Under the pieces are notes generated by a model. That model saw only the letters and a list, made by a program, of their open reading frames with translations, was not told the origin of the DNA and searched no databases. Both the position numbers and the translations under genes were made by a program. A stretch of 64,000 nt of DNA from Chitinophagaceae bacterium (lineage in GTDB: Bacteria; Bacteroidota; Bacteroidia; Chitinophagales; Chitinophagaceae). Positions 19,981 to 30,016 of this stretch are shown piece by piece. Positions within the stretch are counted from its first letter, which is position 1. Every line of letters begins with the position of its first letter. The stretch is taken from NCBI GenBank assembly GCA_947380605.1, contig CANCRO010000002.1, positions 11,555 through 75,554 on the forward strand. Direction: 5' to 3'.

Positions 19981-21477
19981 ATGAGAAAAAAATTTTTCAT
20001 TTACGGAATTGTTTTAACCGGCATCTCCTTAATTCTTTATTTCTTTCAAATCGTTGGTCCTGCTATTCCTATAATTTTTCTCATTTTATTAGCTATCGGA
20101 TTCCAAAATGCTAATCAAACCAAACATACCATCTTAAGAAACTTCCCTGTAATAGGCTATTTCAGGTATCTATTTGAAATGATTGCCCCTGAAATACAAC
20201 AATATTTTATTGAACGCTCTACTGATGGAAAACCATTTTCTAGAAATGAGCGGTCTTTAATTTATCAAAGATCAAAAAATATTGATTCGTCTTCACCCTT
20301 TGGTACCCAACTACTATTAAACCAGCCGAATTATGAAGGCATAAAACACTCGATGTTTCCTAGTAAGGTTAAAGAAGAACTTCCTAGGATTCTAGTTGGA
20401 GGTCCGGATTGTAAAAAACCTTATTCAGCCTCCTTACTGAATATTTCAGCCATGAGTTTTGGATCACTCAGTGAAAATGCTATCAAATCTTTAAACCTTG
20501 GTGCGCAGAAGGGTAAATTCTACCACAATACAGGAGAAGGTGGATTGACAGAATTTCATTTACAAGGTGGAGATATTACTTGGCAAATAGGAACTGGGTA
20601 TTTTGGATGTAGAGATATGAATGGAAATTTTGATGCTGAAAAGTTTTCTGAAAAAGCCCATTTGCCAGCAGTAAAAATGATTGAAATAAAGCTTTCACAA
20701 GGAGCAAAACCAGGTCATGGCGGTGTGCTTCCTGCTCAAAAAAACACGCGCGAAATTGCTAAAATTAGGGGTGTAGACCCTTTCACCACCATTCTTTCTC
20801 CTCCGGCCCACTCAGCATTTAAAGATTATAAGGGATTGATTGAATTCATTGCCCAATTGCGTCATTTATCAAATGGAAAACCTATTGGTTTTAAACTTTG
20901 TATTGGAGAAACGAGTGAGTTTGAAAATTTGTGTAAAGAGATGATTCAACAAAACTGTTACCCAGATTTTATAACGGTAGATGGAGCTGAAGGAGGAACT
21001 GGTGCAGCACCACCAGAATTTTCTGACGGAGTAGGAATGCCCTTTGAGCCAGCAATTATATTTGTAAATAAAACATTAATCAATTTTGGAATAAGAGATA
21101 AAATCCGAATTATCTGTAGTGGCAAAATCATTTCAGGATATTCTATACTAAGAGCTATTGCATTAGGAGCAGACATTTGTAATAGCGCAAGAGGTTTTAT
21201 GTTTTCATTAGGCTGTATCCAAGCCTTGCGATGCAATAATAATACTTGTCCTACAGGTATTGCCACTCAAGATAAGATGTTAATGAAAGGTCTAGTGGTG
21301 AGAGACAAATTTGAAAGAGTATATCATTTTCATAAAAACACCTTACATGCTGCAAATGAATTATTGGCTGCAACTGGAAAGGAAAATTATTCAGCAGTTG
21401 ATATTTCAATTTTTATGCGAGGGGATGAATTTTCTACCTTAGCTAATTTATATTTTCCTGATAATTTAAAAATTTAA
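19981..21477 (+). CDS. FMN-binding glutamate synthase family protein (stand-alone FMN domain with N-terminal TM)
   Basis: SAMSFGSLS, NTGEGG, IKLSQGAKPGHGG, ITVDGAEGGTGAAP and C..AL.C..N.CPTGIATQ motifs. Confidence 0.9.
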   Translation: MRKKFFIYGIVLTGISLILYFFQIVGPAIPIIFLILLAIGFQNANQTKHTILRNFPVIGYFRYLFEMIAPEIQQYFIERSTDGKPFSRNERSLIYQRSKNIDSSSPFGTQLLLNQPNYEGIKHSMFPSKVKEELPRILVGGPDCKKPYSASLLNISAMSFGSLSENAIKSLNLGAQKGKFYHNTGEGGLTEFHLQGGDITWQIGTGYFGCRDMNGNFDAEKFSEKAHLPAVKMIEIKLSQGAKPGHGGVLPAQKNTREIAKIRGVDPFTTILSPPAHSAFKDYKGLIEFIAQLRHLSNGKPIGFKLCIGETSEFENLCKEMIQQNCYPDFITVDGAEGGTGAAPPEFSDGVGMPFEPAIIFVNKTLINFGIRDKIRIICSGKIISGYSILRAIALGADICNSARGFMFSLGCIQALRCNNNTCPTGIATQDKMLMKGLVVRDKFERVYHFHKNTLHAANELLAATGKENYSAVDISIFMRGDEFSTLANLYFPDNLKI

Positions 21478-21498
21478 ATCAATTTGAAATTAAATGGC

Positions 21499-21909
21499 CT
21501 ATAAAATTTGGCAGAATTCTAATCTTTCGCCATCTGGTCCAAGGATATAAAAATATTTACAACCCTTCACCCAAAAATTTAAAAAAACGGGTTGCTCTTC
21601 TATAATTGCAAACCCTTCTTTTTTTAGCAGATCAAATGTTTCATTGATATCATCCACATCAAAGGCAATGTGATCAATTCTTCCATCCTTTCTTTGTCTC
21701 ACGTTAACCAGTTCAGCCTCGGGCATTTGGTATAATTCAATAATAATCCCCTCTCGCTTCATCATCGAAACTTTACCCTGCTCACCTTCGTGCATAAAAG
21801 TCGCATTCATCGCTCTTTGAAATCCCAATCGCTCATAAAAAGATTGAGAAATTTCAATATCAGTAACAGGAATACCCACATGCTGCAAGTGATTTATTTT
21901 TAAATTCAT
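21499..21909 (-). CDS. VOC/glyoxalase family protein
   Basis: Paired metal-ligand motifs: HVGIPV, IELY, HIAFDV and GPDGERLEF. Confidence 0.88.
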   Translation of the reverse strand: MNLKINHLQHVGIPVTDIEISQSFYERLGFQRAMNATFMHEGEQGKVSMMKREGIIIELYQMPEAELVNVRQRKDGRIDHIAFDVDDINETFDLLKKEGFAIIEEQPVFLNFWVKGCKYFYILGPDGERLEFCQIL

Positions 21910-21945
21910 GGTTGAAAATATTTTAAAGTTTATAAAATTTACGAC

Positions 21946-21967
21946 TGGTTACTATTAATTGTAACCA
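21946..21967. repeat. Near-perfect 22-nt palindrome between the DUF1566 and VOC genes
   Basis: TGGTTAC-TATTAATT-GTAACCA, starting 6 nt past the DUF1566 stop codon. Confidence 0.7.
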
Positions 21968-21972
21968 TCAAA

Positions 21973-22287
21973 TTAGCCAATTTCTTGCACATCCCGAACC
22001 GCTCGAGCGTTATATTTAAACCCCTTTACATAGGAATTGAACTGAACACCCACATCATCAAAAAGCTGTATCCATGCACTGTATACACCTTTTGTTTCTG
22101 TAGAACTCCAATAGTAATTCTCAATAAACCCACCAATTTTATCCTTATTTTCGAACAAAATATTCAGTTCGTCTTTGGTGGGTAATCGCCACCCCTCTCC
22201 TAAAGAGGCGCAGGCTCTTTTAGCTTCTTTCCAAAACATTTTTTCAGGAAACACCATCTCCGCGACCTCTAAATTTCCTATAATCAT
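21973..22287 (-). CDS. Stand-alone DUF1566 (Lcl C-terminal / C-type lectin-like) domain protein
   Basis: W..A..AC..LG.GWRLPT..EL, YWSST, AW...F..G and RAVR motifs. Confidence 0.8.
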   Translation of the reverse strand: MIIGNLEVAEMVFPEKMFWKEAKRACASLGEGWRLPTKDELNILFENKDKIGGFIENYYWSSTETKGVYSAWIQLFDDVGVQFNSYVKGFKYNARAVRDVQEIG

Positions 22288-22320
22288 TAGAGTGATTTTA
22301 AAATAGTATGATTCATTTAC

Positions 22321-23703
22321 TTACTTTCCGATACAAAACTTAGAAAAAATAAAATCCAACACATCTTCGTTAGAAATATCGCCTGTAATTTCTGAAATAA
22401 AATGTAAACACCGACGAATATCCAATGCTACTAGATCGGTAGCTCTGCCCGAATCAAGTCCTTTTTTTATATCGTCAAGCGATTGATTAACCTGTTGCAA
22501 GGCACTATAATGGCGAGCATTGGTTACTACTACATTTTCTGTAACCGGCGACTCACCGACGGTGGAGTCAAATAATGCTGTTTGAATGGATTCAATCCCC
22601 ATTTTGTTTTTGGCTGAAATCGAAAAGATCTTTTGCGCAGCACCAAATTTTTCTGCTACATCTATTGTAGCAATGTCTGCTTTATTACCTGCCAATACAA
22701 ATTGCTTATTTAACTTTTCAAATTCCCTAACCCGCTCAGTTAATTCAGCTGATTCCATTTCATTGATATCAAAAATATACAGAATGACATCTGCCTGCTT
22801 CATTTTTTCCAGACTCTTTTCTATCCCTACTAATTCAATCACATCCGTACTATTCTGCCGAATACCAGCAGTATCAATCAATCGAAATAAAATTCCTTTG
22901 ATATTAATTACTTCTTCAATCGTATCTCTAGTTGTTCCAGCTATCTCGCTTACAATGGCTCTGTTTTCATTTAATAAAGTATTGAGCAAGGTACTTTTTC
23001 CTGCATTGGGTTTACCAATGATCGCGACAGTAATCCCATTCTTTATAACGTTTCCCAATCGAAAAGACTCCAATAATTGCTGCGTTGTAATTTGAGCTGA
23101 CTGAATAATAGCATCAAATTTAGCTCGATCAGCAAATTCTACATCTTCTTCACTAAAATCAAGTTCTAGTTCTATTAATGCTGAAAATCCAATCAGCTGC
23201 TCTCGCAATTCCTTTAACACGATGCTAAATCCACCGCGAATATTATTTAAAGCAGTTTTTTGTGATGCAGCCGTATTACTTGCAATTAAATCTGCTACTG
23301 CTTCAGCCTGAGTAAGATCCAACTTGCCATTCAAAAAAGCTCTTTGGGTAAATTCACCTGGTTTAGCAATGCGCGCTCCTTTTCGAATACAAGCTTCTAT
23401 TATTTGCTGTTGCACATAAGGACTACCGTGACAACCAATTTCAATCACATCTTCACCAGTATAGCTCTTTGGTCCTTTAAATAAAGAAACTACTACCTCA
23501 TCGATATTTAATCCTTCATCACTCAGCATACCAACATGAATAGTATGGGATTTTTGATTCATCAGATCCTTAGCCTTAAATAATAAATTAGCTATGTCAA
23601 AAGCGTTTTTACCACTTAATCTTATTACACCAATGGCGCCCACACCTGGTGGTGTAGCGAGTGCAACAATCGTGTCATCCCAGCCTGAGATTTTTTGTAA
23701 CAT
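22321..23703 (-). CDS. mnmE: tRNA modification GTPase MnmE
   Basis: IVALAT, SYTGEDV.EI.CHG, GKPNAGKS, GTTRD, DTAGIR and C-terminal FCIGK. Confidence 0.98.
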   Translation of the reverse strand: MLQKISGWDDTIVALATPPGVGAIGVIRLSGKNAFDIANLLFKAKDLMNQKSHTIHVGMLSDEGLNIDEVVVSLFKGPKSYTGEDVIEIGCHGSPYVQQQIIEACIRKGARIAKPGEFTQRAFLNGKLDLTQAEAVADLIASNTAASQKTALNNIRGGFSIVLKELREQLIGFSALIELELDFSEEDVEFADRAKFDAIIQSAQITTQQLLESFRLGNVIKNGITVAIIGKPNAGKSTLLNTLLNENRAIVSEIAGTTRDTIEEVINIKGILFRLIDTAGIRQNSTDVIELVGIEKSLEKMKQADVILYIFDINEMESAELTERVREFEKLNKQFVLAGNKADIATIDVAEKFGAAQKIFSISAKNKMGIESIQTALFDSTVGESPVTENVVVTNARHYSALQQVNQSLDDIKKGLDSGRATDLVALDIRRCLHFISEITGDISNEDVLDFIFSKFCIGK

Positions 23704-23707
23704 GCAA

Positions 23708-23715
23708 CAAAGATA
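23708..23715 (-). promoter_or_regulatory. -7 promoter element for mnmE
   Basis: TATCTTTG, 4 nt before the ATG. Confidence 0.7.
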
Positions 23716-23816
23716 CCATCTCTGAATTCGAAAGAATCAAAATCAAAGCAGCATTTTTTAGTAAAAAAAATCCCTCTACAAAAATGTAGAGGGATATGAA
23801 AATTTTGGTGTAGTTC

Positions 23817-24641
23817 TTATTGTTCTTCCACAACGAAAGTAATCGGTTGACGACGATAGGCATTTACATTTCTACCGTTTTGAAGGGCTGGAGTCCATTT
23901 TGGACCGCGTTTAATAATCTTAACCGCTTCCTCTTCCATTCCGTAACCATGCTTGGTTTCAGGCTGAACATCACTGATCGTTCCATCTTTGCTCACAATG
24001 AACTTAACAATTACTTGATAAGTACCTGCGCGTGCACCATTATCAACAGGAGTGTTGGCATTCAGATTTTTCTGAAGATATCTTACCCATGCTGCTGTAC
24101 CACCTGGAAACTGAGCTTCGTTTTCTACCTTGGTAAAAATCTTATCCTCATCATCCGCCTTAGGAGCTTCTACTACCTGCGTTCCTTTATCCTCAACGGG
24201 AGCAACAATCTGTGTTTTATTGTCACTTTCCACCGTTTTGGTGCTAATTACCTGATCTTCTTTAATTTCCTCAATTTTCTCATCTTCTTTCACCTCTTCA
24301 TCCTTCACAATCTTTGGAGGGGTAAATTTCACCTGATTAATTTCGGGTGGTGGTGGCGCCTTTGGAGGAGGAGGTGGAGGTGGCGGAGGTGGCGCGTCAT
24401 TTTTCTTAACTTCTGCCATCTGGGTATCCAATACCTCAATTTCAACCTTTGAGTTTTTTGAAATATAATCGGATAAAATAGTTCCGAGTAAAGCCAATAA
24501 TACCAATGAAACAGTAATAATGACGGCGTTCTTTAAACGGCTATTATAGGTTTTCCGAAGATCATAAGCTCCGTACTGCTTATTTTTTCCATCGAAGATA
24601 ATATCGAGGATGTCGGCAGTTAAAATTTTATTTATTTCCAT
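23817..24641 (-). CDS. tonB: Energy transducer TonB
   Basis: Bacteroidota N-terminus (DIIFDGKNKQYGAYDLR), a single TM, a poly-Pro linker and a TonB_C domain (V.V.F.V.KDG.I). Confidence 0.9.
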   Translation of the reverse strand: MEINKILTADILDIIFDGKNKQYGAYDLRKTYNSRLKNAVIITVSLVLLALLGTILSDYISKNSKVEIEVLDTQMAEVKKNDAPPPPPPPPPPKAPPPPEINQVKFTPPKIVKDEEVKEDEKIEEIKEDQVISTKTVESDNKTQIVAPVEDKGTQVVEAPKADDEDKIFTKVENEAQFPGGTAAWVRYLQKNLNANTPVDNGARAGTYQVIVKFIVSKDGTISDVQPETKHGYGMEEEAVKIIKRGPKWTPALQNGRNVNAYRRQPITFVVEEQ

Positions 24642-24689
24642 TGTTAAAGACTTTGTTAGTTAGATTTAAAACGTAACTAGTTACATAAA

Positions 24690-25238
24690 TTATTTAATGC
24701 CATTTGCGTCTTCTGTCAGTTTAATTAACTGAGCTTCTGTATCACTCATATCCACCTCAGCATAGTGCCCTGGAGGAACAGCATTAATAGCCATTTCATC
24801 AAGGATATCAATCGCATTTTTAAAGGTAGCTTCCTTATCCGATTTAATGATGTACATCAAATCTCCAATGGGAGTAGCCTTCTTTTTATCGAGTATCACC
24901 TGACGAATATCTTTGAAATTGCTGCTTTTAAATTGGTTAGACGCATCTGTAGCAGACAACTCACCGAAATAATAATATACCTGATCATCTTTTCCCAATA
25001 ACAAAGTCATTGCACCAGAATTTTTAACCTTCAACTGGTTGTTTGGATCCTCTTTTGGTTCATTCATTGACATCGCCGTTGGCGTGCTCATCGTTGTTGT
25101 AAACACGAAGAATGTAATCAACAGAAATCCCAAATCCACCATAGGTGTCAAGTCAACCCTGGTACTTGCTTTTTTGGCCTTTTTTACGCCAGGCCCTTTT
25201 TTATGTCCGCCGCCGGACGATGTATCCAATTCTGCCAT
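24690..25238 (-). CDS. exbD: Biopolymer transporter ExbD
   Basis: VDLTPMVDLGFLLITFF TM segment with the conserved Asp. Confidence 0.92.
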   Translation of the reverse strand: MAELDTSSGGGHKKGPGVKKAKKASTRVDLTPMVDLGFLLITFFVFTTTMSTPTAMSMNEPKEDPNNQLKVKNSGAMTLLLGKDDQVYYYFGELSATDASNQFKSSNFKDIRQVILDKKKATPIGDLMYIIKSDKEATFKNAIDILDEMAINAVPPGHYAEVDMSDTEAQLIKLTEDANGIK

Positions 25239-25293
25239 ATCGGTAGTTTTAAGTTGCTTCCCTTTTTACTGAAAAGCAAACGTTGGGTTATTG

Positions 25294-25938
25294 TTATTTT
25301 TTTGGAGGGTTCAAAGCCAATTCTGAATCAGCTGGAACACCTTCTGGATTGGTTACAATCTTGAACTTGAAAATATCATTTCTTTTAAACGCGTCTTTCA
25401 CGAATTTAAATGTTGGATATTTTGCTGCGTTATCTCCCTTCACCAGTAAATTAATGTTATCCATGCTTTCACCTGAATAAGCCCTCACTACACTTCCTAC
25501 CCAATCAGATAGCTCATTGTGCAAGCTGTCTCCTACAGGTATACCCTCCATTTGTTTTGGTTCCATCGGAGTTTCCAGTTGTAACATGCTTTTCATCTTA
25601 TTGAATGGCATTCCGTAAAATTCCATTTTTCTAAGCTTAGTCATTTCTTCTGGAGTCAAGCCTAGGGCCTTGGTGGTATTAATATCATCCAAAATTGCTT
25701 GCTTCTTTGCCCGATCACCTAACATTAGGTAAACTTTACCTTCTTTGTTTAAAGTAACTAATATGGCGTCATCTTTAGCAATTTTAGTAGATATAGAAGA
25801 AGGTGTAACTACCGTTACCGCTTCAGGTGGTTTGGTTTTGGTTGCCAGGATAAAAAAGGACAACAGCAAAAAAGCCACATCACACATCGCAGTCATATCT
25901 ACCGCCGTACTCTTTCTAGGTAATTTAACTTTTGGCAT
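25294..25938 (-). CDS. exbD: Biopolymer transporter ExbD (second paralog)
   Basis: VDMTAMCDVAFLLLSFF and KGD..AKY motifs. Confidence 0.92.
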   Translation of the reverse strand: MPKVKLPRKSTAVDMTAMCDVAFLLLSFFILATKTKPPEAVTVVTPSSISTKIAKDDAILVTLNKEGKVYLMLGDRAKKQAILDDINTTKALGLTPEEMTKLRKMEFYGMPFNKMKSMLQLETPMEPKQMEGIPVGDSLHNELSDWVGSVVRAYSGESMDNINLLVKGDNAAKYPTFKFVKDAFKRNDIFKFKIVTNPEGVPADSELALNPPKK

Positions 25939-25997
25939 TTTAAAATATTTTTATTGTTTTACTATTGGATGCTAAATCATTGAAATCACTAAACAAA

Positions 25998-26855
25998 TTA
26001 TTTGTAAAGTGAACCAAAACTTTGCGTTAATGTAAAACCAGACTCGTCAATACCGTAAGTAATTCCATCAATACGAGTAGTGAATACGTTATAAAATATA
26101 ATAGCCAATGCAGATGTACCAATACCTAAAGCTGTATTATACAAGGCCTCAGAGATACCAACAGACAATTGAGTTGCTGCAGCACCACCACCTGAATCTT
26201 CTCCCAATGCAGAGAACGCCTTGATCATACCAACCACCGTTCCTAACAATCCAATTAAGGTTGCAACAGAAGCAAGTGTTGATAAGAAAACTAAGTTTTT
26301 TTCTAACATAGGTAACTCCAAAGAGGTAGCTTCTTCTACTTCTTTTTGAATCGCCATTATTTTTTGATCAGTAGATAATTCTGTATTGCTAATCATTTCT
26401 TTATAACGATGTAATCCAGCTTTCATTACATTTCCTACAGATCCTTTTTGTTTATCACATTCTGCCAAAGCCGCATCAACATTCTTGTTGGCAAGATGAT
26501 ATTGTACTTTACGAACAAAATCAGCATTACTTCCTGTTCCAGTTGCTTTAGTGATAGTTAACATTCTTTCGATTACAAAAGTAACAACGATTAAAAGGCA
26601 ACCAATAAGTACTGGTACAATGATACCTCCTAAATACATTTTATTTAATGCTCCTTTTGGACCTTCATGAGATGGCCAAAATGCGCCAGAACCTGGTTTT
26701 GAAAATCCAGATGCGTCTCCTAAAATAAATCTCCAGAAAGCATATCCAACTAAGATACAAACCAATGGAGCAATCCATGAGATAGCATTACTAGACTTCT
26801 TTACTTGTACTGATGTAGATGGTTTTACATTTGCAGTTGATTTTGTTTCTGCCAT
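25998..26855 (-). CDS. exbB: MotA/TolQ/ExbB proton channel
   Basis: ATLIGLLGTVVGMIKAF and GISEALYNTALG motifs. Confidence 0.94.
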   Translation of the reverse strand: MAETKSTANVKPSTSVQVKKSSNAISWIAPLVCILVGYAFWRFILGDASGFSKPGSGAFWPSHEGPKGALNKMYLGGIIVPVLIGCLLIVVTFVIERMLTITKATGTGSNADFVRKVQYHLANKNVDAALAECDKQKGSVGNVMKAGLHRYKEMISNTELSTDQKIMAIQKEVEEATSLELPMLEKNLVFLSTLASVATLIGLLGTVVGMIKAFSALGEDSGGGAAATQLSVGISEALYNTALGIGTSALAIIFYNVFTTRIDGITYGIDESGFTLTQSFGSLYK

Positions 26856-27100
26856 AACGTTCGTTTTTGTGTGTTAATTTGAAAATTGGTTTTTAAAAAA
26901 ATTTCGTTTTACAATGCTAAGCAAAAAAACTATTTCTACCATCAAATGATTAATAGAAATATTTTAGTGAGGCACAAGTTAATAAAATAATTGAATGAAA
27001 CAACTTCAATAAAAAAAAATAAACCTTTATTAATATTATGTGGAAAACATTAATAAAATATTAAATTCAATTGGCTAAAATAGTGCAATTTTAGAGATCC

Positions 27101-28384
27101 CTATTCGTAGCGCAAAGCCACAATAGGATCGAGTTTGGACGCTTTGTAGGCTGGGTAAAGTCCTGCTAAAAGGCCTACCAGAGAACATACCACCACCCCA
27201 ATGAAAATCCAAAGCCAAGGGATAACGAAACCTGTTTTAAGAATAACAGCAACTATATTTCCAAATAAAATGCCGGAAATGATGCCAACAAAGGCACCCA
27301 TCAGACTTATTAAAATAGATTCCCATAAGAATTGAGCTCTCACTTCGGCAGCCTTACCCCCTAATGACTTGATCAGCCCTATTTCCTTAGTACGTTCATT
27401 TACAGCGACTAGCATAATATTCATCAACCCAATAGCTGCTCCAATTAAGGTAATTAGCGCGATGGCTAATGTGGCATATTTTAAAAAACCCAAATTTTTC
27501 ATCAATGATTGAGCGATGCTATCACTTTGGTCAATATAAAAATTATCTTCCTCCTTGATATCCAATTTACGTATCGGTCTGAAAGTTCCTTTTGCCTCAC
27601 CAATCGCCACATCCATCATATTTAAATCGCTTACCATCACTGATATATTGTAAGACTTTCCTTCAAATCCAAACATTCGCCTAATATTATTATAGGTGGT
27701 GATCACTACTTTATCTGAATTCATAAAAGCACTACTACCCTTATCTTTCAAAATACCTATAATTCTATACTTTGTATTGGACACGCTAATGATTTTATCA
27801 AGAGCACGTTGAGTATTTTCACCAAATAATTTTTGAGCAATTACATTTCCAATGATACAAACACTTCTTCCAGATTCAACATCTGCTTCATTAAAATCGC
27901 GGCCATCAGATAATTCATAGCCGTTCAATTGTAAATAATTTTCATCCCCTCCTAAAACTCTTATATCTGGATTTGTTTTCTTAGTATCCGTATTAACAAT
28001 AACGCCCGCCGGTCCTGGTAATCCAATGCCTACCATCGCCGGAAAAGGATATAACTCCTTAAAAGCCCTAGCCTCGTTAAAGGTAATCACCTTTCCTTCA
28101 TTAGATTTTTTAGCAACCAACGACTTTCTAGAGGAGATTTTAGCAGATTGGCGATTAGGCCCGCCACCGAATTGAATATTCCGCTCCCTGAAACGAATAC
28201 TAAATGCATTGGCTCCCATAGTGGAAAAGCTTTTAGTAAGGCTTTGATTAACCGCTTCTACCGCTGTAATAATAGCTATTAGTGCCATGATACCCAAGGC
28301 AATAATAATCACGGTAATCGCTGTTCTTAAACGGTTACTTTTAATCGTATTGTAAGAAAGTGTTATGGAGTCAGCTGTCTTCAT
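27101..28384 (-). CDS. MacB/FtsX-like ABC transporter permease
   Basis: N-terminal TM, periplasmic MacB domain, [18 protein letters not shown] and [10 protein letters not shown]. Confidence 0.9.
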   Translation of the reverse strand: MKTADSITLSYNTIKSNRLRTAITVIIIALGIMALIAIITAVEAVNQSLTKSFSTMGANAFSIRFRERNIQFGGGPNRQSAKISSRKSLVAKKSNEGKVITFNEARAFKELYPFPAMVGIGLPGPAGVIVNTDTKKTNPDIRVLGGDENYLQLNGYELSDGRDFNEADVESGRSVCIIGNVIAQKLFGENTQRALDKIISVSNTKYRIIGILKDKGSSAFMNSDKVVITTYNNIRRMFGFEGKSYNISVMVSDLNMMDVAIGEAKGTFRPIRKLDIKEEDNFYIDQSDSIAQSLMKNLGFLKYATLAIALITLIGAAIGLMNIMLVAVNERTKEIGLIKSLGGKAAEVRAQFLWESILISLMGAFVGIISGILFGNIVAVILKTGFVIPWLWIFIGVVVCSLVGLLAGLYPAYKASKLDPIVALRYE

Positions 28385-28561
28385 GAAAGTTTAATTCACA
28401 ATAAAGTTAATTCCGAAATAGTTCACAGATGGAAAAAAGATTATAAGCGGTAATTAAGAATACATAAATCGCATGAAGAGTCAATTTATTGGGAGTCTCA
28501 ACATATTGTAAAACTAAAAAAGACCCCTTGAGCTCAAAGAAACGCCCTTCAATGAATTAAA

Positions 28562-29971
28562 TTAAAAACGCAAGGAATCAGTTAATATGGAAGGGAATAT
28601 TCCCAATAAAATTATCAAGATCGCTGTCAGGATTAAAAGGACTTTGAAACCAGTTGTAATGGTTGAGCCTTCTGCAATAGAACCATGCTCCTGAACTTCC
28701 TGTCCTGCTTCCTTAAAGAACATTGCCTGAATAATTTTAAAATAATAATAAGCACTTACAGCAGCGCAAAGGATTGCCCAAAACACTAACCAATTTTGGT
28801 GCCCATCACGAACGGCAGCTATTAAAAGTAAAAATTTACTTTGAAACCCTGCGGTCAGCGGGATGCCAGTTAAGGACAATAAAAATATAGTGGCAGTAAC
28901 TGCAAGTACCGGCTGGTTTTTTGCCAGCCCATTAAAGCCATCGATCGTGTAATCGTACATCCTAATCAATATGGCAAAAAGGCCAATGGTTGCCAAACTA
29001 TACCCTGCAGAATATAGAATCAATCCCTGCATGGCATTTGTATTTAAAGCAAAAACAGCCAATAACATAAATCCTGCTTGAGCAATACTGGAATAGGCCA
29101 GCATTCTTTTTACACTCTGTTGAAACACTGCCGTCAGATTGCCAATAAAAAGGGTTGCCGCGGTGATAATTGAAACCAATAGTTGCCATTGTGCGTGAAC
29201 CTTTCCAAATGAGTTTTCAAATAAACGAATGAAAGCAATAAAACCAGCGATCTTAACGACGGTAGCCATAAAAGAAGTGAAAACAGTCGGCGCCCCTTCA
29301 TACACATCCGGGGTCCAAAAATGAAAAGGAGCAGCAGACACTTTAAAGGATAAAGCGATCAACATAAATACCATTCCTATAGCAATAAAAACGGGCAGCT
29401 TTCCTTCCCCAAAATTGAAGCTATTGATAAAAAAAGAACCGTCACTATTTCCTCCATAAAGAAATGCAATTCCCATCAACATAATACCGGTTGAAAAAGC
29501 TCCCATCAAAAAATATTTCAAAGCAGCTTCATTGCTTTTTAAATTCCTTTTATCAGATCCAGTTAAAATATAAAGAGGAATAGACATGATTTCTATACCA
29601 AGAAATAATATTAATAAAGTATTATAAGTTGCAGAAAGGCAAACACCGCATAAAACAAAAAATATCAAAGCAAAATATTCAGACACATTATCCCCTACCT
29701 TTTCAATATCGCTACCACTCAATAAAAAATACAATAAGGTACTTGCTAAGGCGATAGTTATAAAGATTAAGTTAAAGCTATTAAAAGCAAGCATGAACTT
29801 AGTGTCAATATCGAAAAAAGGTAATCCAGTTTTAAGTTCTAGATAATTCGAAATAATAATAATTACCAAGCCGGCTATAGCCCAGTATTTAGGGGTTTGC
29901 TTACTTTTGAAGAATACACCTCCAAACATCATAATAATACCCCAAACTGCTGTTAATAAGATTGCATTCAT
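28562..29971 (-). CDS. nuoN: NADH-quinone oxidoreductase subunit N
   Basis: EAALKYFLMG, FKVSAAPFHFWTPDVYEGAPT and KRMLAYSSIA motifs. Confidence 0.96.
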   Translation of the reverse strand: MNAILLTAVWGIIMMFGGVFFKSKQTPKYWAIAGLVIIIISNYLELKTGLPFFDIDTKFMLAFNSFNLIFITIALASTLLYFLLSGSDIEKVGDNVSEYFALIFFVLCGVCLSATYNTLLILFLGIEIMSIPLYILTGSDKRNLKSNEAALKYFLMGAFSTGIMLMGIAFLYGGNSDGSFFINSFNFGEGKLPVFIAIGMVFMLIALSFKVSAAPFHFWTPDVYEGAPTVFTSFMATVVKIAGFIAFIRLFENSFGKVHAQWQLLVSIITAATLFIGNLTAVFQQSVKRMLAYSSIAQAGFMLLAVFALNTNAMQGLILYSAGYSLATIGLFAILIRMYDYTIDGFNGLAKNQPVLAVTATIFLLSLTGIPLTAGFQSKFLLLIAAVRDGHQNWLVFWAILCAAVSAYYYFKIIQAMFFKEAGQEVQEHGSIAEGSTITTGFKVLLILTAILIILLGIFPSILTDSLRF

Positions 29972-30016
29972 AATTTCTTTACCCTCCCGATTCGACGGAA
30001 TAATTTAAAATTAGTA

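Noticed and set aside
17802-22321. Possible genomic island integrated at the mnmE 3' end
   Set aside because: mnmE is a known integration site and accessory-looking genes follow it, but I found no integrase, no duplicate of the mnmE 3' end and no obvious compositional shift.
22287-22323. The DUF1566 ORF is in frame with mnmE, separated by one TAA and 11 sense codons (possible read-through fusion)
   Set aside because: This is easily due to chance. TAA is rarely read through, and MnmE needs its free FCIGK C-terminus.
24340-24410. GGA/GGT-rich tandem-like repeat
   Set aside because: It simply encodes the TonB poly-proline linker.
22586-24452. Long plus-strand ORFs 22586-23095 (169 aa) and 23820-24452 (210 aa)
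   Set aside because: They are antisense to mnmE and tonB with no recognisable motifs. The Trp/Arg run mirrors the TonB poly-Pro codons.
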